A stretch of 63,250 bases of DNA, counting the filler, from Reclinomonas americana ATCC 50394 (Eukaryota): NCBI GenBank assembly GCA_048213135.1. It is 8 parts of 3 records of this genome, joined end to end, with 100 filler letters (N's around TTAATTAATTAA, not from the genome) between each part and the next. Parts side by side here need not be neighbours in the genome. Positions count along the whole stretch, not along the records: positions 18,964 to 25,895 come from PS015811.1; positions 25,996 to 42,809 come from PS015811.1; 6 more parts are not named here. One strand, 5' to 3'. The position numbers and the translations under genes were made by a program. Below, in pieces: positions 24,750-37,049 of the stretch. Within the stretch, counting starts at the first letter, position 1. Each line of letters begins with the position of its first letter. The notes under the pieces were generated by a model. The model searched no databases. It was not told the origin of the DNA and saw only the letters and a list, made by a program, of their open reading frames with translations.

Positions 24750-25870
24750 GTGTGTGTGTGTGTACGTCAGCATCCGCTGCGTGCGAGACGAGGCAGAGAA
24801 AGCGGGCGCGACGAGGGGACCTTTTGATGAGAAGCACCCAGTCGGGTCGATTGGGGAGGAACTTGCAGGAGGAGAAGCCGCGACGGGGAACCACCGAGCC
24901 AATGTGCTGCACGTTGACCTTTTTGAAGCTTTCGTCGGTGGAGAGCACCACGTTGGAGCCCTGGTGACAATCGCTAATGAGAATCGTGACAACGAAATGA
25001 ATTGTTGTCTCCCTTGTGAAGCGCACCTTTTCCAGATCAGTCTCCTCGGTGTAGGGGTCGGTGGAGACTCGCCGAGGGAAAAAGTACCACTGCCGACGAT
25101 GTGGATTCCAGCATACTAACGCAAGAGGAATGAGGCACACGCGAGCGAGAAAAAGTCGACCAAGAGCAACGTGCGCGTTACCGGCTTCGTGAATCATGTA
25201 TCCCGGCCGACTGGTGCCGGTGGCCTCGCGTAGTCTGTCGTAGATGCTGATCCAGTTGTGGTGTTGCACGCGGCCGTGCGCGTTGACCGACTTGGTCCAC
25301 ATGAGACCGGTGGATGTCACCGCACCGGTCTTTGCGTCAATGTACTCCTTCCCTTGCGAGCCGACGATTAACTCGCCGTCTTTGACAGACGCCCATTCTA
25401 TCTTGAAACCCTGCGAACAAGCAATCTACACGTCAGCGACCATGCACGCACACTGTGCTCGCTTGACTATTTCGTCGCACCTTTGACTGATGGCCGTCAC
25501 CGTCGGCCAACACATACCGCGGCACGGCAACCACACTCTTGACGTGCCCATCCGTGGTGCGCTTCTGCACCAAGTCGAACAGAATACCCGTGCGATCGTC
25601 GCCGGCCAGCAGCTCTCCGCGATACCACGCCAACTCGGACAACTCCATGCCGCGCCCGGCCTCGTTGTGTTCACTCAAAACCGGCACCTTGCAGCACACA
25701 AAAGAGAACGTCAGCAAAGCGCAACATACACGGTGGGGAGTCGGGGCATGCGGCCGTACCTCGCCATCCTCATTCAGCGGCACCCATCGAATGGCAGGCG
25801 GCGATTGCGCCAGGTCCAAGAATCCGTACTTGAGCATTGATCGGAATCGTCTCCGTTTCTCATCCTGCAC
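24750..25870 (-). CDS. CANT1: Soluble calcium-activated nucleotidase / apyrase (CANT1 family), partial
   Basis: GRGMELSEL, DDRTGIL, LADGDG, GFKIEWASVKDGELIVGSQGKE, NWISIYDRLR, PGYMIHEA, WYFFPRRVS, GSN and RGFSSCKFLP. Confidence 0.93.
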
Positions 25871-26408
25871 ACACGCAACAGAACATGCATGAATTNNNNN
25901 NNNNNNNNNNNNNNNNNNNNNNNNNNNNNNNNNNNNNNNTTAATTAATTAANNNNNNNNNNNNNNNNNNNNNNNNNNNNNNNNNNNNNNNNNNNNCGTTT
26001 CGTGCGTGGCAGGTCTTGACGATGCGCGCGCGACCGATCTCAGGTATGTCAACTGGCAAGGGCTCGATTACATTTGCTACTTGCAACGAGCGCAGTTGCG
26101 TGGAGTGAGTGCATTGCAGTGTTCGGTTTTGCTGCAGGGGTGTCACACACGCCGTGCAGATGGAAAGTGTATCAGTTCTACAAGCACCTCGGCAGCTCGT
26201 TAATCTCGTTTGGCGTGTCGGTTGCCGCGTCACCAGGGACGATAGCTGCGGCATCGATTCCTGCCACACCGCTGACAGCAATGTCAGCGGCGGGGGCGAC
26301 AAGTGTGAATGGTGCGGGTTCCGGGTCCAGAATGTGATACTGTGCAGTGGATGATGGTGGCGATGCAGCGGATGGGGGCAAATGAATTAAACAATTATCC
26401 GTGTGCTT

Positions 26409-29400
26409 TTATGTGCTGCGCACCCAGGCTGCGTACTCGGCACTGGCGGTGAACCAGTCGAGCCAGTGTCGCCTCTCGATGGCGCTGCTCAGTTGGAAAT
26501 AGTAGATTTTTAGGCGACCGGTGTCCTCTTGGAACAGATCGACGGCGAGAGGCCACTGCAGGTTGCCCATGTCGGCGAATTCGCTGTCGTCCACCTGGCA
26601 CAACACGTTGAGGAGGCGATAAAAGAGACTTGCTTTCTCGCTCCACTCACCCGAACGCTCGTCTCTTCGGTTACCTCCACCGATCCACTAGGCTTGCCGC
26701 CAGTTTGCCAGCGCTCCTTGTCCTGCAAAAGCACACAATCACAGCGAGTCGATCGGTGTGCGGAGTCGAGGTGCAGAGCGACGGGCGGTGCGTACCTTGT
26801 AATATTTAAAGGAAGTTCCTTGGAGCACGGCAAAGCGGCGGCGCCAGGTTTTGAAACGGTGGCCTCGCTTCACCACCCACCCTGTCACACAATGGCTGAT
26901 CACGTACGCACGGTTCTCGTCCCACTCTGGCCCATAGATGAGATTCCACGCCGCACGCTCCCGCTTGCCGCCCTCGGACGGGTACGGTGAGATGTGTGGA
27001 TGCGGCAGTTCAAGTGCAATCGGCGTATCAGTCGCCACCATTCTGGCATCGCGTGAGTGAGCACGCTGCTATCGAAAGAGAGGGATGCACCGCACGCGTG
27101 ACGAAACTCCGACTGACGTGCCGCGAGCGATGCCTTGGCAATCTCTGCGGCGGTAACGGCGATACGAAACCGATTTCCGCACCCGGCAACCTCGAAGGCG
27201 TGCTCAAAGAAGCGGTGCTCCTCGATTCCACGCTCCGAGTTCCACGAGTCTATCAGTGGGAAGGGAGACGGTGTGAGGAGAGGGATATCTCACGTGCGTG
27301 ACAGCTTCACAAACAAACCGATGAGAGCAGCGTGATCATCGCAACACCACAGCACTTCGCCAGTGGTTCCGGCCGGACACCCTGTGGCGACTGGCATGAG
27401 GAACCATTCACCGCGCAACGAGGGAGGGCGAGCAGACGCTCACCTGGGCGCGCGATCAGCACTGGTCTGAGTCCCGCAATCGGTGCTCCGACATTGGCGG
27501 CCGACAGGCCGAGCGCATCGACCACGGCGGCGAGTGAGTCTCTGCAGCGGGAGGTTAGCTACGATATCTGCAACTTTGCAAGTGATGTCACGAAACGGCG
27601 GCAAGCGCTGCGGCTGTGCGGTGCTCGGCACCACAGAGACACTGTCCTCCACGGCCGCGTCCAGCACGTCAATGGGTGCCTCACCGCTGCCGCACGAGAA
27701 GGAAGGAGAGACATGAGACCAACGCTCAGTGGAGAGTTCCCACCCTCAGCAATGCACACCTCCGATTCAACACCGCTGCGTGGTGTGACTCGTCACGCGG
27801 ATCCACCGTGCCGACATCCACACCGCACTCTCCTGCCAGAGTCAAGTACGTCTCCGCAGCCAGATCCGCAATAAGCTCACTGTCCTCCGTGGGAAATCCA
27901 CACGAGCAGTGCCGAGCGCCAACCGCACATAATGTCTGCACGCACCACAACAGTCAATCTACGACGATGGTGATGAGGCTGTGGTATGCCAAAACGCATA
28001 CCCGCAGAGTTCCGTTGAACAGTGGTCTCAGTGTGCGCAGCTTGACGCTGTCCATGGCAACATCCAGTCCCTCGTGCGCAGTGGGATGCCACAGCGGCAC
28101 AATCAACTGCCCACAGCCGGTAAATCAACGATGCGCAATCGAGGCTGCGTCCCAGACACACAAAGACAAACCTCATCATCCACAGTGATACCAGCAAGGT
28201 CGGTGGGCCGAACCAGCGGTGGACTGTTCATGCCCCTCGGCAACTGCGCCAGCTGGAATTCGCACAAGAAATGCACACGCTGCACGGCCACGCGCATGAG
28301 TTACCAGAATGATGAGCGCCGAGGAAGGAGAATGCAATGACTGACCAAGCCCTGTGTGGAAACCAACGAGTTCTTTGGCCGATTGTACCACGTCGCACGA
28401 TCCGGCGGCAGCAGCAAACACAGCGACGGGAAGCATTGCGCTGCGGCGGCTGCCTGCAAGCTGAGAAATCGCAGTTCGTCGCGCAACGAGTCCGCCACCA
28501 CCGGACGCCGGCGGGGTCGACTCGGCGAGCTCACAGGCAGGCCACTTGCCGGTCGACTGCGCGCAGCACGGCGGTGAGATTACACGCAAGGCGACAGATG
28601 TGCAGGGGGGAGAGAAAACATACACAAGACGGGGAACTGGCGTGGGTCCGACATCTGTACGAGGAGGATAAGTGCATTGCAGTACATCTTGTTGTTTGAT
28701 CCGCAAGGGAACGGAACCTCGGAAAAAGGCCTCGGTGTCGCGTAATCTCTGCAATGGCTGCCGTTCTGCAGGATCAAAGCTGCACACCACCACAACAGTC
28801 ATGCATCAGCGGCAACACAAACAAGAGAGGCGGAAGGATGAAAGTCGCACCACAGCATTCTGGACAGAAGCGTCGATTCGTCCACAGTCAAGCCATAGCG
28901 AGTGCGCAGGTTGTTTTTCGAGAAGAGCTGCATGGAAGTAAGTGAGCGAGCAAGGCACCTGAGTCACTGCCAACTGCAGTAGCACACACGAACCGCGGCA
29001 ATGGAGTCACGATCACGCAGAACTGCGACAACGTCCACCTGCACGGTGCGCAAGCGGAGGTGAGCAAGCAGGCAGTGAGGCATGCAGTCGAATCGTGACA
29101 CAACTCGCGTCGCCGTCAGTGTACCACTCGAGAACCAGGAGGATCCACACAACACTTTCAGGGCGCACAGACCGAGGCTCCACACATCGGCCGACGGCGC
29201 CGCCATTCGGATGTCTTCAAGAGAAAGGACAGCGGAACGATTTCAGCTGTGGAAAGACGGCACGCAAACAACGCACAGCACGACGCACGAAAGGCACTGC
29301 TGCAGACGAGCTCGGGTGGAGTGCACTCGGAGACGCGCTCCGCCACAGGCAGCGCTTGCCCTGCGCCAGTGGAGTGAGTGAATGGCATCACCGCTGGACG

Positions 29401-30527
29401 ATCGTGGGAACACACACCGCGCTCAAGAGCCTGCTCAAAATTAATCATGCCGAGCCTCTCGCCGCCCTCCTCCACATCGGTGAAAAACGCAAAGCTATCG
29501 AGGTCACAGTGGAGCCACACAAACGGCGTCGTCTCATGCAGTTCCTACCGACCATCGACATCCATGAGCATCGCACCACCACTACCGCAGCGACATCGCC
29601 ACTCACCGCCACACAAGCAAACATGTCGGCGACCAGCGTGCGTCGTAATCTGTGCAGCTCCGGGCCCGAACTGCGCGCATCGACGTAAGAGCCTCGCTGC
29701 TCCGTCGCTCACTCGCTTCTCGTTGAGCTCACCTATTGGCGGCCAGTGTCTTTACGCGCTCGGCCAACGAACACACCGGTCTCGCCAGCACCAGCCCACT
29801 CGACGCCTGCCCAAGCGACGTCCGCGCCTCGTGCAATCGCTGCACTCACCTTCTTTTTCACAACAGTGCTTCCCCACAGAGCGACAGAATCAACAGCACG
29901 AACCACAACACGATGAGGAATGCGATCATTGAGCTCCAACAGCGCCCGATGCTCCTGCTCAAACATCGCGCGCTCGCTCTCCGCAAACACCTTGACCAAT
30001 AGATCCTAGAAGCTCCAACTGAGCAAAAGAGAACGATCGCGCGCACACAGAACGCGACCAACCGGTGCATGTCCCGATTCTGACTCGACAGAGGAGGCCA
30101 GCAAGTATCGCGACCACGCACTTAAAGGCGACGCAGGTGAGGCACTAACCGCAGCTGCAGCTGCCGCAGCCGCCGAAGCAGGCGAGTAATGCACAATGCG
30201 CTGGTCAGTGAATGTCAGTGAGCGATTGACTGCGGCGGAGGCGGAGGCGGATTTGAGAGTGGAGCGACGTGGACGCATAATGGTGGTTGTAGAGGAGGTT
30301 GAGGTGGAGGAGGAGACAGAGGAGGCGGAGAGAGAGCCGTGAATGAGGAGGCCGTCGATGACGTCGACGCGGCGTGCGCGTGTGCGAGGAGTGTGTGGAG
30401 TCGTGCGTGTGGCAGGGGGAGAGGCAGCGAGGATGCTGCGGCGACGAGGTGGCGAGGAGCGGCGTGGAGGTGCGTCGCTGCTGCCACCACCAGCACTGTC
30501 GCCTTCACCGTCGTCTCCCTCGTCCAT
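26409..30527 (-). CDS. Probable pseudokinase-domain protein with a C-terminal PH domain (may be two genes)
   Basis: Kinase-like LVKVF...FEQEHRAL, HCDLDSF, MINFEQA, CTPPEL and ADVWSLG; PH domain GWVVKRGHRFKTWRRRFAVLQGTSFKYYK...PSGSVEV...YYFQLSSAIERRHWLDWF. The exon chain between them was not fully resolved. Confidence 0.6.
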
Positions 30528-30643
30528 GGTCAGGGTCGCAGATTGGAGAACGGGAGGACAGCAATCATCGTTCGTTTATGACCAGTGTCATATCATGAGC
30601 TTCTTCTTCCTCCTCCTTCTTCGTCATATCGTTGTGTTGTGCG

Positions 30644-32111
30644 TTACTCGTCGGCTGGTGGCGCGGCCGGTGGCGGTGGAGGCGGCGGTGACGGCGGTGA
30701 GAGCGGACGTTGCGGGACGTGGATCCGTGCCAGCTCCTCCATCTCCTCGTCTTCCTCGCCGTCCATGTCGACATCGGCGGCGGTGGAGCCGGATGCAGCA
30801 GCAGCAGCAGCAGCTCCGTCGTCGTCGTCGTCGTCACCAAACGCGCCCGGGCTGTTGTCGCCGGGCATGGGCGTCGGCGGGAACTCCTCGACTGCAGAGG
30901 CGGCGGCCAGTGCGGCAGCCGCCGGCTCCACCGCGACCTCCTCGACGGGGATCACGGGGAAGTAGTAGGGAGCCCACTCGTGGTAGAGGCGCTCGTCGCT
31001 GGCGAGGAACGTGCAAAAGATAATGGACTCGAACTGCGCCGCTCGTGATTCGTCGGCGTCGAGCCACTCGCGCACCGTCCGCAGTGCGCAGTGCACGGCC
31101 AGGTCCGGTGGGTACCCTGCGCGGATTGTGAGACGGGGAGAGTACACGCAGGGAGGGAAGAGAAGAGAGAGAAGGGGAGAGAGAGGGAGAGGACAATAGC
31201 AGTGAAAGATTGCCAACAAGAGAGGAGTGCTGACCGTAGATGCCGGTGCTGATGCAGCAAAAGCACACCGAGTGCAGGTCGTTCTCCTTGGCCACCGCCA
31301 GGCATCGGCGATAGCACGACGCGAGATCGGCATAGTCCGATCCGCCCTCGACGCACCGTCGATTGCTTCCACGGCCTGCACACATCGCGTTCAGCAGAGA
31401 AGGCAAAGACACAAGAGCAGACAAGGGGACTCACAGATGGGTCCCACAGTGTGCAGCACATGCTTGGCCGGCAACGCATGCCCGCCCGTGATCTTGCAAT
31501 CGCCAGTCTCGCACCCTCCCAGACGACGACACTCGGCCACCAGTCCCGATCCCGCCGCACTGTCAGTCGCTCGCAGTCAGTCACACACTGTGTATGAGAG
31601 ACACAAGACACATGAGAAAGCGTGCGAAACGAGTGAATAGCTCCATCAATGCCTCCTCCGCCCAACAACGAGTGGTTCGCCGCATTGACAATGGCATCGA
31701 CTGCGAGACGAGTCATATCCCCCGACCAAATCTGCACACACAGACTGCTATTGTCAGTCACACATGCATGTGAAGAATGCTCACTGGTCCTCTCTGACAG
31801 GCCTTCACAATGCCATTGTGTCGCCTGTGATGCACGCCATGTGTGAGCACAATAAAAAAAAAAAGTCTTGTGTAAACACACACAGTCAAACGCAACTCGT
31901 TGACCGGGAAACGCACGAAACGCTTGAGTGGGTCCTGTAACACAGCGCAGAGAGTGTGTCAGCAAGGCACAGAGAGCACATGAGAGGCAGAGTGAGAGAC
32001 CTGTTTTGGCGGGAGCACTTGTCTGCCTCGCGCCACATCCAGCTCAGCAAAGAGCGTGCTCCACGAGGCAATGCTCGCGTGCTCAGTGACCGCTGCTCGA
32101 CGACGAAACAT
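30644..32111 (-). CDS. MacroD-type macrodomain protein (O-acetyl-ADP-ribose deacetylase / mono-ADP-ribosylhydrolase)
   Basis: [80 protein letters not shown] and IIFCTF; acidic, Pro-rich tail. Confidence 0.95.
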
Positions 32112-32197
32112 GCACACACAGAGAGAGAGACAAGAAGAAGAACGAAGGGTGTTGAGAGACCGATCAATCAACCAACTTGTCAATCTTATCTTATCAC

Positions 32198-32213
32198 ATG
32201 CAAAGAAAGCGGT

Positions 32214-32249
<36 letters not shown>

Positions 32250-33151
32250 ATCTCTTCTCTCTCTCTTCTCTCACTCTCTTTTGTGTGCATTAGTGTTGCT
32301 GCGTCTGCACCGGAAGACGAGGAGGAGGTGGCGCTTGCACGTGACAAGATCCGCTTTGAGATGGAGCTGGAGTTCCTGCAGTGGCTGGCCAATCCTGTGT
32401 ACTTGCATTGTTGAGTGTGCACACACACACGCACACACACACACACACACACACAGAGAGAAAGCATGCATTGCGCTCAACTTGTCTCCCTCTCGAGAGA
32501 AAGCATGCATTGCGCTCAACTTGTCTCCCTCTCTCTCACTGCACTCACTTTGCGTCTGTGCACAGGGCTCGCTGGGCAGGGATACTTTGAAAAGGAAGAG
32601 TTCCTCAACTATCTCGACTATCTGTTGTACTGGAAGGAGCCAGAGTATGCAAAGTTCATCATGTTGCGCACCACCATCGCAGCTGCTCTTTACAAGCATG
32701 CTCTCACTGTGTATGACGCCCCAGCTATCCGCACTCGTTGTTCTTTCTGGAGCTGTTGCAGGATGGGAACTTTAGGCGTGAGGTCAGCAATCCGCACTTT
32801 CGCGACTACTTGTACCAGCAGCAGGGCAACTTTTGGCAATTCTATCGTGCCAATCGTATGCGGGATGCCATGGAAGTGGCTGCGGCAGAGTCGGCGCTCG
32901 GTGGGACGGTGACGGATCAGCAGGTGACGGGTGTGCAGACGGCAGTGGGTGCAGCAGCAGGAACCGCGGCAGCAGCGCAGGCGGCTGGTGCGGCGGCGGC
33001 GGCGGAGGCGTCAGTGGCGAACTCGACGGCGTCGGGGTCGTCGGGTGCGACGACGGCGACGTCAGCGACAGGCAGTGGCAGGTCCTCTGGTGCACACACA
33101 ACAGCAGCAGCAGCCGCCGCTGCATCGGCACGTGCAAGAGGAGTTCCATGA
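32198..33151 (+). CDS. MED31: Mediator subunit 31 (SOH1)
   Basis: RFEMELEFLQWLANPVYLHWLAGQGYF...[33 protein letters not shown]...FRRE; Ala-rich tail. Confidence 0.96.
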
Positions 33152-33192
33152 ATGGCTTGAGACACCTTCGCGCAGCATGGGTCTTTCTTTTT

Positions 33193-36173
33193 TCAATCTC
33201 CTGTTCTGATGTCCATGTCACAGTCGCCGTCTCCGTCGCCACTATTGTCTTCGTCGCTGGGGAACAGGGAGGCGGGTGTCAGCGCCGTGCCAAACACCTG
33301 GAAGCGCTTGCAGTCGGGTTTGTTGCGCTCGTGCGTCTGTCCGGCGTCGGCGAGGCGCAAGTACGACTGGAGGCACACGTTGCACTTTTGCTTGGACTTG
33401 ACGACGCGTTGCAGCCGCTGCTCCAGTTTCTTCCGCAGAGGGCCGCCGTCGGCAGCCACCAGCGTCGACAGTGGCAGACCAAAGAAGCGTGCGGCCTCCT
33501 TGCCGGCCACGTACGCCCACACCCCTGACGAGCTGTCCTCTAATCTCAACTGCAGCACAAACTCGCGACACAGCTCCACCTCGCCGCATTCGCGGCAGCG
33601 CATGGTGCCACTCTCGCCTCCGGCCTCCAGCTCACTGCACAGAAGCACGCGCGTATGTCAACAAAAAAAGCGGCAGCAGAGGCGTGTCGACATGCGCAGT
33701 GCACGCAACTGCGCCAACGAGGCGGGGCATGCCGACAGAATGCACTCGTCGAGCGATCGCGGGTACCAGTCGACAATGAGGCAGTGACAGAGGAACTTGT
33801 TGGGTGTCTGTGCATTCCACAGCACCTCCCGCATAGTGCACGTGTGCGGCGTGGACGCGGATACGGCTGCGCACGGTATAAGGAAAGGTACGGCACAGCG
33901 GCACCAACAACATGGGATATGCGAAACTCGTCAGCGGGTTCTGGATGCGGCTCATCTCAAACGAGCCCGTCAGCGGCGGCAGAGGCATCACACGCGCTGG
34001 TGCGTCGGCCACTGGCGCCGCGGAAATGGGCGAGTCGACGGCGGCGGAGGCGGCTGCGGCAGGAGCTGGGGCGGGGACGGGGGCAGGGGCTTGCTGCTGA
34101 GCAATCTGCACACAACTTGGTGAGTGCCAGCACGAAATATGAGAGCGTCGGGTCACCCACCTCCTGTTGTCTCCTCGCACGCCACACTCGCACCTCGCTG
34201 GTGGATCCATATGAGTGAAAACGAGTAACAACAACGATGCGGGTGGCTTGCGCAACTCAAACACACGACGAGACTCCACGTGCCAGTCGGGCACGGGCAC
34301 AATCGAGGAGCGATCCTGAGCTCGCATGTGTGGCGACAGATCCGAGAACTTGACGTTGCGCACCTTGACCTGCACGCAAGACGACGGTCATCAACCAACA
34401 TTGCCAGTGTGCGAAAAATCATAGTCCCGTACCACTTGCTGCAGCTGCAACGACGCCGCGTACTCCTTCATTGGCGAATGATATACACTGCGCAAAAGAG
34501 ACAGAGGTGAGGCGGCGGGCAAGTACAGATTGCAAGCAGATGAGTACGCACGCCAAAACAAACGGCTGGCCACCTAGACGTGGATTGGCGGGCAGTTGCA
34601 GTTGTGAGACTCCCGGTTGCACCTTCTCGGTCCCGTCACACAGATACACGATCGTGCTTCCCGGTGAGCTGCTAATGTCGGCCACCAAGCCGATCACGTC
34701 GCCAAAGGACACCGTCTGCAGCATGTTCAGCGGCCGCAGGTACTGTCGATCCATGTCTGCGCGAAGGGTTGAGTGGCACGCGCACGGTAAAAGAGAGAAA
34801 GAGAGAGACACACAACATGGGTGGGCACTGAGAGCCTTGCGCCCCCACAGGGCCGTGGCCCGGAACTTCTCGCGATCCGACGCGGTCACGTTGCGGGCCT
34901 CGGGATACGTCATCGGATCCAGCTCTTCGTCTGACACGGCAAGCTCGTACGGCATGAAAACCCACTTGGTGACGGACGGAGAACCGTACGTCTTCAGCTG
35001 CACCGTCCCCCTGAAGCGACTCGCCTGCGAGAATGAGGTGAGAGTCACGGCAGTCACGGAAGGGTGGACAGCACACACCTCAGCTCGGCGCACGCGCAAG
35101 ACATCACCAACGCGGCAGAGAGGCTGTCGATTCTGAGCGAAAAACACAAACTCCACTCGCTTCATGGGTGCCGCCGAGTCGCAAGACGAGTCGACCAGGG
35201 TCACCGAGTTGAAAGACGCGCTGCCGGTGCTGGTGAGTCGCGGGAACACCACATCCGACACCACCGCATACAAATTGATCTCGGGAACAGAATGCGCGCG
35301 CTCCGTCTGCACCACGCATGAATAAGAGAGCATTCCCGGGAATCGCGGTTCTGCGTCACACTCACCACTCCACGAATGATGCGATCGACAGTCCACAAGT
35401 CGGAATCATCGGCGGGCGCCGTCGCCAGCTTTTGTCGCTTCCGCTTCCTTCCCTCGCCACTGGCCAGCTCCGATAGCGTGGCTACATGATGCAGTGAGCA
35501 GCAAAAAACACACACACAAGCACAATGCCTCACACACACACAGCACGCACCTTCCGTGGCATCGAGACGCCGCTTGCCAGTGGTGGTGACAACACTCGGC
35601 TCACTCAGCGACACCGAGCTGAGCACACTATTCGTGCTCCCATGCTGCAGCTTGACAAACACCGCTCGATTGCTGCTCTCCAGCACCAACTCAAACGCAC
35701 ACTCGTCAAAATCCGGTGCCCTGTCGCCCGACACGCGCACCGCAGCGCCCGTGATCTCCACAATGTCCTTTTTTTTGTTTCACATGTAGCATGTAAGGTT
35801 CTAGTTGATGACCATGCGGAAGAACAATAGCGAAACTTGAGTGGCAATCGCCGAGAGCTTGTCGGCCCACAAACCGCGCGCAAACACGTTGACTTGTGTG
35901 CGCATTCCGACCGCCACCAAGTCTATCATGAAACGCACAGAGCCATGAGAGAGAGGGAGAGGGAGAGGGAGGGAGAGGAGAAATCTGTGTGTTTAACATG
36001 ACAACTCACACACACACACACACACGCACGCTCACATACACATGCTTAATAGAGTGTGAGAGGGAAAGAGGAAAGGGAGAGAGAGTGAGTGAGAGAAGAG
36101 AGACAAACAACACATACAATGCACGCGCTCTCGCTCCCTCCTCTGTCTGTGTGCATGTGTCTCTCTTCTCTCA

Positions 36174-36232
<59 letters not shown>

Positions 36233-36501
36233 ACTCTCTCACACACTCTCTTGTCACTCTTTCTTTGTCTCCCCTCTCACTCCTCTCTCTTCTCTCTCTC
36301 TCTCTTGCACCTGTCATAGTGAATCGCAGTTGCTGTTGCACCTCGTCCATGGGCCACACCAGTGTGACTTCACCCTGTCAAGTGCAAAGAGTGAGAGAAG
36401 AGAGACACACTCTGTGCTCACACTCACACACTCACACGCAAAGTGCAATCGCACGCATCCTCCTCTCGCGTGAGCGCCTCAAACGACTCAACACGATGCA
36501 T
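33193..36501 (-). CDS. POT1: Protection of telomeres 1 (POT1)-like ssDNA-binding protein with an additional N-terminal OB-like domain
   Basis: OB1 INLYAVV...VTLVDSS...LCRVGDVLRVRR; OB2 FGDVIGLV...VYLCDGT; C-terminal RIRVHAAH, CxxC pairs and LQLRLEDSSSGVWAYVAGKEAARFF...FQVFGT. Confidence 0.85.
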
Positions 36502-37049
36502 GTGAAAGTGGTGTGTTTGCCTCACAAAGTGCGGGAGGAAATATTGATTGGGTAGAAAATCGAACGATCACTCAACGGCCATTTTGCGAACAGGTGTGTT
36601 GAGAAAGAGGTGCGCGTGCCTGTCTGTCTTTGAGTGTGTCTCTCTGTGTGTCGCTCTCTTCTCTCTCTGTGTGTGTGCGAGAGAGAGAGAGAGTGACAAG
36701 AGGCAAGAGAGAGAGAGTTGTCGATTACGGGCGCTGTTCGTGAACTGTCGTGCGAGAAAAGTGCATGTGTGTTGCTGTATGTGTGAAGAGAGAGATATGT
36801 GCTTGAGTGAGTGTGTGCTCTCTCTCTCTGTGCGAGATGTGAAGAGTGATCGCGCATGGTGTTTGGAAGAAGACACACGTTACTATCGTTGCGACTCATC
36901 AACCAATCGAGACGGGGAGAAGAAACGCTTGTCTGTGTGCACAGGAGAGAGCATGAGGCTGTCACAGAGAGAGCAAGAGTGTGACAGGAAGGGCAGTTCT
37001 TTTCCGCTTGGTGAATCTGCTCAACCTCATTGTCAACGATGCAGTTTAC

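Noticed and set aside
30644..36501. MacroD-MED31-POT1 as a functional gene cluster
   Set aside because: These are unrelated housekeeping genes in a uniformly compact genome; there is no evidence of co-function beyond proximity.
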